From an uncultured Spirochaetota bacterium (GTDB lineage: Bacteria > Spirochaetota > Spirochaetia > SZUA-6 > Fen-1364): DNA of 64,000 nt. The notes under the pieces are model-generated. The model was not told the DNA's origin. It did no database searches and saw only the letters and a list, made by a program, of their open reading frames with translations. Below, piece after piece: positions 1-9,191 of this stretch. The first letter of the stretch is position 1, and every line of letters starts with the position of its first letter. The translations under genes and the position numbers were made by a program. The DNA is taken from assembly GCA_963845535.1 (NCBI GenBank), contig CAWJSK010000004.1, positions 175,916 through 239,915 on the forward strand, written 5' to 3'.

Positions 1-2267
1 GCGATGAGGCGTACCGGGAGAAGTCCACCATGCCTTCCTGCTGGGAGGTGCAGAAGAAATGCACGCCTTTTTCCCGGGCCGCAAGAAAGACCTTGCGAAG
101 CGAGTAGGGGGAGTCGCGAAGGTTCGCCGTGCCCGTGTCATAGAGCTCGATGACGAAGTTCTTCACCCCACGGTCCATGAGCTCGATGAGGTGGTCTCCG
201 CGCATGCCCGGATACACGCGGATGATGAGCGTTGAATTGATAGCCGCCTCCAGCCGGGCCTGAAGTTTCTCCCTGTCCCCGGCCAGGGGAAGCTCCTCGA
301 ACAAAGCACCCGAGGTGTGGCAGAGCTTCTTCATGTTCCAGTTGCGAAACCCGTCTGCCGTCATGCGCTCGAACTTCAGGTTCACCGGGGAGAACACCTT
401 GGCGCCGAAAACAACGTAGACTCCCGGGGTCCCTTCCGCCGCGGTCTGGATGGCCTTGCGAAGGGTGGGAATTGCATCACTTCCTTCCCGGGAAGGAGTC
501 GACAGGGAAGCTGCCAGGACGATAGGAACAGGCGGTTTGGGGAAGAGCCAGAAGACCAGAGAGGCGGTGTAGGCGAGGGTATCAGTGCCGTGCGTGACGA
601 CTATGCCGGAAGCCCTGCCGCTTCGCAGATGCTCATCCAGGTCGCAGGCGAGCCGGGCCCAGTCCGCCGGAGTGATCTCCTCACTCAGGATCCTGCCGAC
701 CTCGCCTTCTTCGAAGGCCACCTTCTTTCCAAAATGTCCCCCCGCCTCCACGAGGCGGAGAATTTCCGACGGGTCTCCGGCAACGACCTCCCCGTTCTCG
801 GACTCCGTGCCCACGATGGCGCCGCCCAGGGAAAGGATCTGGACCACGGACATGGCCAGCTTCTTCTTCACCAGGCCCTGCACGAGGCCCGGGTCAGCCC
901 GGCCGGATGTTTCCTTCATGATCTCACCGATCAGGAAAGTAATGAGCCTGCTGTCCCCCGCGCGGATGGAAGCGACAATCACCTCATGGCTCTTCATCAC
1001 GGCGTCCACGTGGACGGCCAGCTCCGCGGGGTCAGTGATCTGTTCCCAGCCCTTTTCCCTGATGATCGCAAGGGGATCCTTGTCCTCGTCGAAGACCTTC
1101 TCCAACACTGCCTTGGCGATCTTCCCATGGATGCGCTTTGCCCCCAGGAGACCAAGCAGCTCGGCAAGACGTTTTGCTGAGAGCGGGCTTGCCGCCAGGC
1201 TTGCCCCCGTCCTGTTGAGGTGCTTTTTTACATCCGAGGCCAGCCAGAGCGCGGCGCTTTGCGGATCAGCGCCCAGGCGCACGGTCTCCTCGAAGTAGTC
1301 CGCGGTTGTCTTCTCATCGCAGAGGAAGTCAGCCTGCTCCTCGGTCAGGGAGAATTGCTCCAGGAAGCGCGCGCGGCGGGCCTGGGGCAGCTCGAGCAGG
1401 GCTTGCTCTACCCGGGACAGAAAGGCTTTGTCAGGAGCAAAGGGAGGAAGGTCGGGCTCAGGGAAGTAGCGATAGTCGGAAGAGCTTTCCTTGGTCCGCA
1501 TGCCCTCCGTGACGTCCCTGTTCTCGTTCCACAGGCGCGTCTCCTGCGTCACCGAGCCTCCGCGTTCCAGGATACTCGGTCTGGCGCCCTATTTCGTACG
1601 TGATGGCCTTGCGGACGAACTTGAAGGAGTTGAGATTCTTCACCTCCACCTTGCTCCCCAGCCCCTTGCCCTCGAGGTTCACGGAAACGTTGGCGTCACA
1701 CCGCAGGGAGCCTTCCTCCATGTTGCCGTCGCAAACCCCGAGGTAGCGCACCATGCGGCGAAGCTGCTGGAGGAAGACCTCCGCCTCCTCACCGACTTCC
1801 AGATCCGGTTGGGTGACTATTTCCAGGAGCGGTGTGCCGGTCCGGTTGAAATCCAGAAGAGTAATGTCCCCTGCATGGATCATCTTGCCCGCGTCTTCCT
1901 CCAGGTGCACCTCGCGGATGCGAACGCGCTTCTTGCGCTTTCGAAGCTCGATCTCGAGCCATCCGTCCGTGCCCAGCGGGGATTTGAACTGCGAGATCTG
2001 GTAGTTCTTGGGAAGGTCGGGATAGAAATAGTTCTTTCGCTCGAACAGGCATGAGTGCGCCAGAGTGCAATTCAGCGCTCGGGCCACCAGGTAACCCATC
2101 TGCATGGCTTCCCCGTTCAGCGTCGGAAGCACCCCCGGGTATCCCATGCAGACAGGACACACGTTCGTGTTCGGCTCATCTCCGAATGCCGCCCGGCATC
2201 CGCAGAAGACCTTGGTGCGGGTCAAAAGCTGCGTGTGGACTTCAAGCCCGAGGAATGACGCGTACAC
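1..2267 (-). CDS. gatB: Asp/Glu-tRNA amidotransferase subunit B, fused C-terminally to an asparaginase/GatD-like domain; one frameshift near 1574; runs off the left edge
   Basis: GLEVH, RKNYFYPDLPKNYQISQ, HLEEDAGK and EGSLRCDANVS in ORF 1458-2267. After a 1-nt shift, manual translation gives QETRLWNE..DYRYFPEPDLPP..GEIMKETSGRADP, then with no stop ILSLGGAI..VVTHGTDTLAYTA..IRVYPG up to base 1. Confidence 0.93.
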
Positions 2268-2270
2268 GGC

Positions 2271-3653
2271 TCAGCCCCAACCCTTCGGATACCCCGGCGC
2301 GTCAGGGGAGGGGAATACCTTTTCCACCTGCCGGCAGGCATCAAGCAGCAAACCCTCGGAAAACGCCGGGGCCAGGAACTGCATCCCGATGGGCAGCCCG
2401 TTTTCCACGGCCGCGGGAAACGACATTGCGGGGAGCCCCGCGAGGTTGGCGGAGCATGTGAAAATGTCAGCGAGCTTCTGGGAGAAAGGATCCGAATCCG
2501 CCCCGCCGCGCTCGAAAGGAGGCACGGGATACACGGGCATCAGGACAAGGTCGACGCCGGCAAAAGCCTTGTCGAAATCCATCCTGATGGCGGTGCGGAT
2601 CTTCTGGGCCCTGAGGTAATACTCGTCCTGGAAGCCGGACCTGAGCACGTACGTGCCAAGGAGTATGCGGAGCTTCACCTCGTCTCCGAAGCCTTCCGTG
2701 CGGGAACGGAGCATCATTTCTTCCGGGTTGTCAGCCTGCGCCGCGCGGTGTCCGTAGCGCACGCCGTCAAAACGGGCCAGGTTGGCGCTGGCCTCCGCGG
2801 TGGCTATCACATAATAGGAGGAAACGACGTGGTCAAACGTGGAAAAAGACACCTCATGAAGGCTGTGCCCCAGCTCGGTGAGCAGGTGGCGGCTGCGCTC
2901 CAGCGTCTTCTTCACGTCCGGGTGCATGGGAACGTCCGCGCATTCCCGCGGGACGCCGATGCGCAGCTTTCCATTCTTGCGGGCAGGAGGCTGCCAGGGA
3001 AGCGAGGAGTGGTCCATGGGATCCTGCCCGCGCATCACGGCGAATGCCTGCTCGGCGAAATCCACCGTCTTGGCAACCACGCCGATCACCTCGAGGGACG
3101 AGGCGTAGGCCACCAATCCGAAGCGCGAGACAGCGCCCCAGGTCGGCTTGAGGCCGTAAACGCCGCAAAACGAGGCGGGCTGCCTGACCGATCCGCCTGT
3201 GTCGCTCCCCAGTGCAAAAGGCACGATGCCGGCGGCAACCGCCGCGGCCGAGCCTCCGGAGGACCCTCCGGGTACACGCCGTGTATCCCACGGATTGCGC
3301 GTCGAAAGGAGAGCCGAGTTCTCCGTGGAGGAGCCCATGCCGAACTCGTCCAGGTTGGTTTTTCCGGCCACAACCGCGCCGGCCTTCTTGAGCCTTTCCA
3401 CTACGGTGGCTGAATAGGGGGAGACAAAGTCCGAAAGCATCCGCGACCCGCAGGTCAGGCGGAAGGAACGAACGGCGATATTGTCCTTGACGCCGAAGGG
3501 GATTCCCGCCAGCGGCCCGTCCTCGCTTGCCCCTTCGCGCCCCAGCTCAGGGTCCAGCTGAAGGAAACAGCCCAGCGCTTCGTTGCGCTCCTCGGCGAAC
3601 TGCTTCCACGTGTCCCGCAGTCTTTCAGCTGTTGAAACGCCATGCCAGTCCAA
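2271..3653 (-). CDS. gatA: Asp/Glu-tRNA amidotransferase subunit A
   Basis: Amidase signature: GVKDNI, GKTNLDEFGMGSSTE, PGGSSGGS, GSDTGGSVRQPA; NLARFDGVRYG; lies between gatC and gatB. Confidence 0.96.
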   Translation of the reverse strand: MDWHGVSTAERLRDTWKQFAEERNEALGCFLQLDPELGREGASEDGPLAGIPFGVKDNIAVRSFRLTCGSRMLSDFVSPYSATVVERLKKAGAVVAGKTNLDEFGMGSSTENSALLSTRNPWDTRRVPGGSSGGSAAAVAAGIVPFALGSDTGGSVRQPASFCGVYGLKPTWGAVSRFGLVAYASSLEVIGVVAKTVDFAEQAFAVMRGQDPMDHSSLPWQPPARKNGKLRIGVPRECADVPMHPDVKKTLERSRHLLTELGHSLHEVSFSTFDHVVSSYYVIATAEASANLARFDGVRYGHRAAQADNPEEMMLRSRTEGFGDEVKLRILLGTYVLRSGFQDEYYLRAQKIRTAIRMDFDKAFAGVDLVLMPVYPVPPFERGGADSDPFSQKLADIFTCSANLAGLPAMSFPAAVENGLPIGMQFLAPAFSEGLLLDACRQVEKVFPSPDAPGYPKGWG

Positions 3654-3682
3654 TTGCCCCTCCCCGGGGGATACGCGTTGAT

Positions 3683-3961
3683 TCAGAGTACGTTCGGAAC
3701 GACGATGAAACGCTCTTCCCGCTGGGGAGCGTTCTTCAAGAGCATATCGGAGACGTCAACCATGCGCTCCGCGTCATCCCGCGTCCTGTTTTCCCGCAGG
3801 AGCGCATGGGTTGTCGGCGCCAGGCCCTCCACGTCGATTTCTTTCATGTGGGAAAAATGCTGGAGCATCTGCTCCACCGCTTTCCCGAGCTTTTCCATCT
3901 CCGCGTGCGTGAGAGAGAGTCGCGCCATGCGCGCGGTGGCGGAAAGCTCCTGCAAATCCAT
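3683..3961 (-). CDS. gatC: Asp/Glu-tRNA amidotransferase subunit C
   Basis: 92 aa from ATG 3961: ARMARLSL..IDVEGLAPTTH..LKNAP..FIVVPNVL; upstream of gatA. Confidence 0.92.
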   Translation of the reverse strand: MDLQELSATARMARLSLTHAEMEKLGKAVEQMLQHFSHMKEIDVEGLAPTTHALLRENRTRDDAERMVDVSDMLLKNAPQREERFIVVPNVL

Positions 3962-3967
3962 GCCGGT

Positions 3968-3996
3968 AGTTAACCCGGGGCCACCGTACATGTCAA
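3968..3996 (-). promoter_or_regulatory. sigma70-type promoter of gatCAB
   Basis: TTGACA-N17-TTAACT on the minus strand, 6 nt before the gatC ATG. Confidence 0.65.
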
Positions 3997-4079
3997 GGAC
4001 GCGGAAAAATGGAGAAATCGCGCAAAAAACGCCGTCCAAAAACTTGACGCCCCCGCCCACTTCGCCGTACATTTTCTTT

Positions 4080-4155
4080 TAAGCGCACCCCCGCTTCCTC
4101 ACTACGGAAAACTCCTTGTGACGTCAACGCTGGGAGCGTCTGGCACACGCTTTTT
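4080..4155 (+). ncRNA. candidate small RNA (promoter, two hairpins, U tract)
   Basis: TTGACG-N18-TACATT at 4044-4073; hairpin AAGCG/CGCTT at 4081-4096; 3' hairpin ACGCT-GGG-AGCGT with extended stem followed by TTTTT at 4151-4155. Confidence 0.35.
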
Positions 4156-4178
4156 CCATGCCGCGCAGAAAATTACGT

Positions 4179-4206
4179 TTGACGATGGAAGAGGGCATGG
4201 TACAAT
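4179..4206 (+). promoter_or_regulatory. sigma70-type promoter (extended -10) of the glycoside hydrolase gene
   Basis: TTGACG-N16-TACAAT with TG preceding the -10; GAGG SD upstream of GTG 4232. Confidence 0.55.
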
Positions 4207-4231
4207 ACGACTCTGAGAGCGAGGAATGTGA

Positions 4232-5653
4232 GTGGTAAAAAGGGACTTCCCGAAGATACACTTCTACGATCAGGATCTCGTCGCCCTGTATGACGAGACA
4301 TGGATCCTGGTCAAGGACTTCTGGAAGAAAGGGACGACGCATAACGGCTTCCACAGCAGGTTCTTCAGCCACCCGGACAGCACGCGGATAAACCAGTTCG
4401 ACGCGTGCTTCGCTTCGTTTTTTCTCGTGTATTCCAACAGGATATTCCCGGTGCTCTCCGTCCTGGACAACTTCTATGCCAAGCAGGAGGAGTCGGGCGC
4501 CATTCACGGGGAGTACCGCGAAGCGGACGGCAAGCCGGTGCACCCCAAGGACAACCCCCGGGGCGTGCTTCCGCCGCTTTTTGCCTGGGCCGAATACAAC
4601 ATCTACCACAAGCTTGGAGTCAAGAAACGCATCCGGGAAGTGCTGCCCGTATTGGAAAAGTACTATCGGTGGATCGAAACAACGTTCAAGAAAGAGAACG
4701 GATTGTACTCGGTCCCGCTTTCCGCAACCATGATGGACAATTCCCCGCGGGAAGCCATGGCGTACCCCATCGACTTCAACTCGCAGATGGCGCTCGCGGC
4801 CCTGTACATGTCGGAGCTGGCCGACATCGTCAATGACAAGGAAACCAACTACGCCTACAAGAAAGCGTACTTTTCGCTGAAGACCAAGATCAGCGCGCTC
4901 ATGTGGGATGAGAAGGACGGCTTCTACTACGACCTGGACGAATCGGAGAAGCGCCTCAAGGTGAAGACCATCGCTTCATTCTGGCCCCTTCTTGCGGAGA
5001 TCCCCAATGAGGCCCGAGGGGAAAGGCTCATCGACCACCTCGTAGACCCCCACGAGTTCGGCATCGAAAACCCGTTCCCCACGCTTGCCGTGTGCGACAA
5101 GAGGTTCGACCCCATGGGCATGGGGTTCCGGGGTTCCGTCTATCCGCCCTTCAACTACATGGTGATCAAGGGACTGGAGAAATACAAGCGTCACGATCTT
5201 GCCCGTGAGTTCGCCATCCGCCATCTCTACCACGTGCTGGACGGCCTCTACACGGGCAACGGCAAGAGGGGATCGCTGTACGAAGCCTACGCGCCGCACA
5301 CCGAGGGGCCTGCCCGATGGCCCGGCAAGAAGGGCTTCCCGCGCACCATGTACGTGCCGTACACGGCGCTCACGACGGTCTCCTTGATGCTGGAGAACAT
5401 CATTGGGCTGAACATCTCCCTTCCTCGAAAAACCGTGGACTGGACCATTCCCACCTTGGAGCTGATGGGGATCGAGGATCTTGCCCTGAAGAGGAATTTG
5501 ATCTCCATCCTCAGCGCAAAAAGCAGCAGGGGCTGGGAAGTGCACCTGGAGAGCGAGAAACTGTACTACCTCACCATCGATCTGTTCGGAGCGCGCAGCA
5601 AGACGCTTCCCATCCCATCAGGGAAGTGTTCCATCCTCGTGGACAAGCTCTAG
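4232..5653 (+). CDS. GH63/trehalase-like (alpha/alpha)6 glycoside hydrolase family protein
   Basis: 473 aa; PPLFAWAE, MDNSPR, MWDEKDGFYYD, KTIASFWPL, FRGSVYPPFNYMVIKGL resemble MGH1/GH63-like proteins. Confidence 0.75.
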   Translation: MVKRDFPKIHFYDQDLVALYDETWILVKDFWKKGTTHNGFHSRFFSHPDSTRINQFDACFASFFLVYSNRIFPVLSVLDNFYAKQEESGAIHGEYREADGKPVHPKDNPRGVLPPLFAWAEYNIYHKLGVKKRIREVLPVLEKYYRWIETTFKKENGLYSVPLSATMMDNSPREAMAYPIDFNSQMALAALYMSELADIVNDKETNYAYKKAYFSLKTKISALMWDEKDGFYYDLDESEKRLKVKTIASFWPLLAEIPNEARGERLIDHLVDPHEFGIENPFPTLAVCDKRFDPMGMGFRGSVYPPFNYMVIKGLEKYKRHDLAREFAIRHLYHVLDGLYTGNGKRGSLYEAYAPHTEGPARWPGKKGFPRTMYVPYTALTTVSLMLENIIGLNISLPRKTVDWTIPTLELMGIEDLALKRNLISILSAKSSRGWEVHLESEKLYYLTIDLFGARSKTLPIPSGKCSILVDKL

Positions 5654-5669
5654 GATCAGGCCCGGAGGG

Positions 5670-6257
5670 CTACATTGCGCCGCGGCCCTTGAACGAACGG
5701 ACGAGCGTCTGCTTGTCCGCGAACTCCAGGTCCCCCCCCACGGGCAGCCCAAATGCTAGTCGGGATATTCTTACCCCTGTCTCCCTGAGCTCCTTGAGGA
5801 GGTACAAGGCGGTGGTTTCCCCTTCCACCGTGGGGTTCGTGGCAAGGATGACCTCCTGGATGCCGCCTTTGCGGACGCGCTCCAGGAGAGCGCCAATTCG
5901 AAGGTTCGACGGCCCGACGCCTTCGATCGGGGAGATGGCCCCCATCAAGACGTGGTAGAGCCCTCCGTGCTCGTGAATTGACTCCAGGGTGAGCACGTCC
6001 CGGGGCTCTTCGACCACACAAATGACCGTGCGGTCCCGGGAAGGATCGGTACAGATCGAGCAGGGATCAATATCCGTGTAGGTGCCGCAGATGCTGCAGG
6101 AACGGATGGTCTGGCGCAGGCCGGCAAGGTCATCGGCGAGCGACCTGACAAGGGAATCATCCGCGCGCAACAGGTAGTAGGCTATTCGGGACGCGCTTTT
6201 CCTGCCCAGTCCGGGAAGCCGCGCCAGGTTCCCGATCAGCCTTTCGAGGGCGTTCAT
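5670..6257 (-). CDS. recR: recombination mediator RecR
   Basis: LPGLGRKSASR HhH, C4 zinc finger CSIC..CSIC, Toprim EVILATNPTVEGETTA. Confidence 0.97.
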   Translation of the reverse strand: MNALERLIGNLARLPGLGRKSASRIAYYLLRADDSLVRSLADDLAGLRQTIRSCSICGTYTDIDPCSICTDPSRDRTVICVVEEPRDVLTLESIHEHGGLYHVLMGAISPIEGVGPSNLRIGALLERVRKGGIQEVILATNPTVEGETTALYLLKELRETGVRISRLAFGLPVGGDLEFADKQTLVRSFKGRGAM

Positions 6258-6297
6258 CTCTGATTTCTCACGGGCCGGCCAAAGGGCACTTGCGCTT

Positions 6298-6621
6298 CTA
6301 CAGCCCGAGGAAGCCCGGGGGAAGACCCAGCATGCCCGTCGCCTGGGAGACCTCTTCCCTGATCTTCTCCTTCAGCCTGTCCAGAGCGTCTGTGACCGCG
6401 GCGAGCACGAGGTCCTGCAGCATCTGGATATCGCGCGGATCAACCGCCTCGGGAGCAATGGTGACTTTCTCCACCTGCATCTGACCGTTCACTTCCACGG
6501 TCACAAGGCCTCCCCCGGCGGAACCGGTTGCCCGCACGGTCTTCAGCTTGGCCTGAATCTCCCCCATTTTCGACTGCAGCCCTTGCAGCTGCTTGAAGAT
6601 CTCAAACGGATTGGTCGCCAT
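6298..6621 (-). CDS. ybaB: YbaB/EbfC nucleoid-associated protein
   Basis: GSAGGGLVTVEVNG..DIQMLQDLVLAAVTDA; dnaX-ybaB-recR order. Confidence 0.95.
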   Translation of the reverse strand: MATNPFEIFKQLQGLQSKMGEIQAKLKTVRATGSAGGGLVTVEVNGQMQVEKVTIAPEAVDPRDIQMLQDLVLAAVTDALDRLKEKIREEVSQATGMLGLPPGFLGL

Positions 6622-8155
6622 GACCCTCGCCTTTCACCACTTCGCCGCGGAACACCTTCCGAAGCAGCTCGACTCTCTGATCCACCACGGCCGGCTCCTG
6701 TTTCGCTTCCTGAAAAGCCAGCTTGATTCGAACGGAACGGGAAAAAAGCTCTGAAAACCTGGCCGCAAGAAGCTCCTTGTCCTTCAGGACCACCTCTCCC
6801 TGAAAATGGTCCTTTGCGGAGAAAGCCAGCACCACATCATCTCCTTCCAGGCTGACCGAGGCTACCCTCTCCAATGCGGAGGCGAGCGCGGGCTTCTCCC
6901 TGCGAATGGACTCCGCCACTTTCGCCGCCGAGCCCTGCGTGTCGACGGCTTTCCCGCCGGCAGAAGCTTGCTGCGCCGGGGAGGGAATTGCCTCAATGCG
7001 GGTCCCCGGCTGGGAAAGCAGCTCGCCGCGCATTTCCGCCAGCGCTTCCCGCACCTCCGAGGGGCTGATCAGGGAGTCCAGCCGGGACAGGCGGGAAAGG
7101 GTCAGCTCCAGCTCGAAGCGCTGGTTCAAGGAGAAACGGATGTTGCGATACAGGGAGAGAAGAAGCTCGATGGCGCGCTCGATCTGGGCTGCGCTCAAGG
7201 AGTCGAGCACGGAAGCGTCGAAGTCTTGCGGCGAATACCCCAGGAGCGTGTCCTTGGTGACGCCGCTTTTCAGGAAAAGGAGGTTTCGGAAGTACTCGGC
7301 AAGGTCTGCGACGAACTGCTCGATCGACACCCCCGTGGCCAGGAGCGCGTCCGTGCCCTCGAGCACCTTGCCCATCTCCCCGGCCCGAAGCAGGCGCACG
7401 TAGTCGTTCAGCTCCTCGATCCCCAGGACCCCGAGCTTCTCCCTGATGCGCTCCAAAGTGATGGACCCGTCCGAAAATGAGACAACCTGGTCAAGCAGCG
7501 TGTAGGCATCCCGAAGGGAACCGGTTGCTTCCTTTGCAATCCACGTGAGAGCCCTTTCTTCCGCCTGGACCGACAGCTCCCGCGCCGCCTCGACGAGCTT
7601 CCCCTTGATCTCAGCGGTGGAGATGAGCCTGAAGTTGTACTGCTGGCACCGGGAACGGATGGTCGCCGGCACCTTGTGCACCTCGGTGGTGGCAAAGATG
7701 AACACGATGTAGGGGGGCGGCTCCTCGATGGTCTTCAAGAGCGCATTGAAGGCGCTGTTGGAGAGCATGTGCACCTCGTCGATGATGTAGACCTTGAACC
7801 TGCCGGCGTTGGGGGCAAAAAGGACCTCGTCGCGGATTTCGCGTACGTCGTTCACGCTCGTATTGGAAGCGCCGTCGATCTCGATCACGTCCAGGGAAGC
7901 CCCGCGAGCAATCTCCTGGCAGCTTGCGCACGTCCCGCACGGGGTGTCGGTAGGTCCCTTCTCGCAGTTCAAGGCCCTGGCAAGGATGCGCGCAACGGAA
8001 GTCTTGCCAACTCCCCGGGGTCCCGCGAAAAGGTAGGCATGCGCGATGCGGCTCTGGCGGAGGGAGCTTGTCAGAGTGGCGGAGACGAACTCCTGACCGA
8101 CAAGCTCGGTAAAGCTCTGGGGGCGTTTTCGGGTTGCAGTGACTTCATATGCCAT
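6602..8155 (-). CDS. dnaX: DNA polymerase III subunit gamma/tau
   Basis: RPQSF..GQE, HAYLFAGPRGVGKT, EIDGASN, KVYIIDEVHMLS, TIRSRC. Confidence 0.97.
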   Translation of the reverse strand: MAYEVTATRKRPQSFTELVGQEFVSATLTSSLRQSRIAHAYLFAGPRGVGKTSVARILARALNCEKGPTDTPCGTCASCQEIARGASLDVIEIDGASNTSVNDVREIRDEVLFAPNAGRFKVYIIDEVHMLSNSAFNALLKTIEEPPPYIVFIFATTEVHKVPATIRSRCQQYNFRLISTAEIKGKLVEAARELSVQAEERALTWIAKEATGSLRDAYTLLDQVVSFSDGSITLERIREKLGVLGIEELNDYVRLLRAGEMGKVLEGTDALLATGVSIEQFVADLAEYFRNLLFLKSGVTKDTLLGYSPQDFDASVLDSLSAAQIERAIELLLSLYRNIRFSLNQRFELELTLSRLSRLDSLISPSEVREALAEMRGELLSQPGTRIEAIPSPAQQASAGGKAVDTQGSAAKVAESIRREKPALASALERVASVSLEGDDVVLAFSAKDHFQGEVVLKDKELLAARFSELFSRSVRIKLAFQEAKQEPAVVDQRVELLRKVFRGEVVKGEGHGDQSV

Positions 8156-8228
8156 GTGCGAGGCCTCCGCGCCGCTCTATGAGAAATCCGGCGGGCCGTA
8201 GCAATAAGCCAACCGGCGGTGAAAAAGC

Positions 8229-8357
8229 AACCCCCTCGGCTCCACCCAAGCCGAATACGGCACATGAACACGCTGCTTACCGCTGCTCCCTTCCGGGCCT
8301 GGCGGGGTTGGGCAGCAGCTCATAGCGTATGACCTGGATATCAACGCCGAGAGGGTT
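8229..8357 (-). ncRNA. ffs: signal recognition particle RNA (small bacterial type)
   Basis: Domain IV CAGG-CCC-GGAA-GGG-AGCAGC on the minus strand; terminal stem AACCCTCTCGGC/GCCGAGGGGGTT; directly upstream of dnaX. Confidence 0.9.
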
Positions 8358-8360
8358 GTA

Positions 8361-8447
8361 CGGAGAGAGTGGGATTCGAACCCACGGTACCCTTACGAGT
8401 ACACACGCCTTCCAAGCGTGCACCTTCGGCCACTCGGTCATCTCTCC
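8361..8447 (-). tRNA. tRNA-Ser(GGA)
   Basis: Cloverleaf with long variable arm; anticodon arm CACGC-TTGGAAG-GCGTG; GGTTCGAATCC. Confidence 0.96.
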
Positions 8448-8449
8448 AA

Positions 8450-8570
8450 GGCACAGGATGTGCCGAGGGCGGCGTCGCCACGGATGGCGAAGACGCCGCC
8501 CAAGACCCAGGACGGGTCGAGGTCGGCGCGTGCACGGATGCACAAGCGACGACCAAGATACAGGATGCAC
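8450..8570 (+). repeat. array of five CA(N)GGAYG-loop hairpins
   Basis: GGCAC-AGGAT-GTGCC, GCC-ACGGAT-GGC inside a 10-bp outer stem, GACCC-AGGAC-GGGTC, GTGC-ACGGAT-GCAC, degenerate GATAC-AGGAT-GCAC. Confidence 0.8.
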
Positions 8571-8589
8571 AAGCTCACAAACAACCTCG

Positions 8590-8676
8590 CGGAGAGAGTG
8601 GGATTCGAACCCACGGAGCCGCAAGCGGCTCAACGGTTTTCGAGACCGCCCGATTCGACCGCTCTCGCATCTCTCC
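8590..8676 (-). tRNA. tRNA-Ser(CGA)
   Basis: Anticodon arm GCGGT-CTCGAAA-ACCGT; long variable arm; T-loop GTTCGAATC. Confidence 0.96.
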
Positions 8677-8678
8677 AA

Positions 8679-8800
8679 GACCCAGGATGGGTCGAGGTCG
8701 GCGAAGTACATGGACGTACCAGAGCCGACCCTGCGCCACGGATGGTACGAGGCCGTCCCGTGCATGGAGGCACAAGCGACGACCCTGCGCCACGGATGCC
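8679..8800 (+). repeat. second array of five CA(N)GGANG-loop hairpins
   Basis: GACCC-AGGAT-GGGTC, GTAC-ATGGAC-GTAC inside GGTCGGC/GCCGACC, GCC-ACGGAT-GGT, GTGC-ATGGAG-GCAC, GCC-ACGGAT-G; 8675-8703 repeats 8500-8528 with one mismatch. Confidence 0.8.
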
Positions 8801-8847
8801 CAAACACAAGGTCGCCTCCGGCTCACGCGGGAGGCGACCAGTCTCTT

Positions 8848-8922
8848 CGTGCCCAAGAGGATTCGAACCTCCGACCTTTAGATCCGCAGTCTAATGCTCT
8901 ATCCAGGCTGAGCTATGGGCAC
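8848..8922 (-). tRNA. tRNA-Arg(GCG)
   Basis: GTGCCCATAGCTCAG..TTAGA-CTGCGGA-TCTAA..GGAGGTTCGAATCCTCTTGGGCACG. Confidence 0.95.
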
Positions 8923-9005
8923 CCGGCGGTCAGCGGTGTACTTCTTCTGCCCGACCTCCTGCGCCGCGCCAGTACACGGATGCGCGGTCGACTTTCGTTC
9001 CTGTA

Positions 9006-9092
9006 CGGAGAGGGGGGGATTCGAACCCCCGGTACTCTTACGGGTACAACGCCTTAGCAGGGCGCCCGATTCGGCCACTCTCGCACCTCTCC
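9006..9092 (-). tRNA. tRNA-Ser(GCT)
   Basis: Anticodon arm GCGCC-CTGCTAA-GGCGT; long variable arm. Confidence 0.96.
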
Positions 9093-9191
9093 CTTTCCAG
9101 CATCCCCCAGGACCTGATGAGCCCCGCCTCACACGAAAAGGGCCAGCGTGGTCCTCGTGCAAGCTGCGGAGAGGAGCAAGGGATGCGTGAT

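Noticed and set aside
6602..8155. Programmed frameshift in dnaX (gamma/tau)
   Set aside because: No A-AAA-AAG-type slippery site or long A run noticed at the expected position
8450..8800. CRISPR array
   Set aside because: Repeats are only 15-29 bp partial duplicates, irregularly spaced, without unique spacers, interrupted by a tRNA, and there are no cas genes
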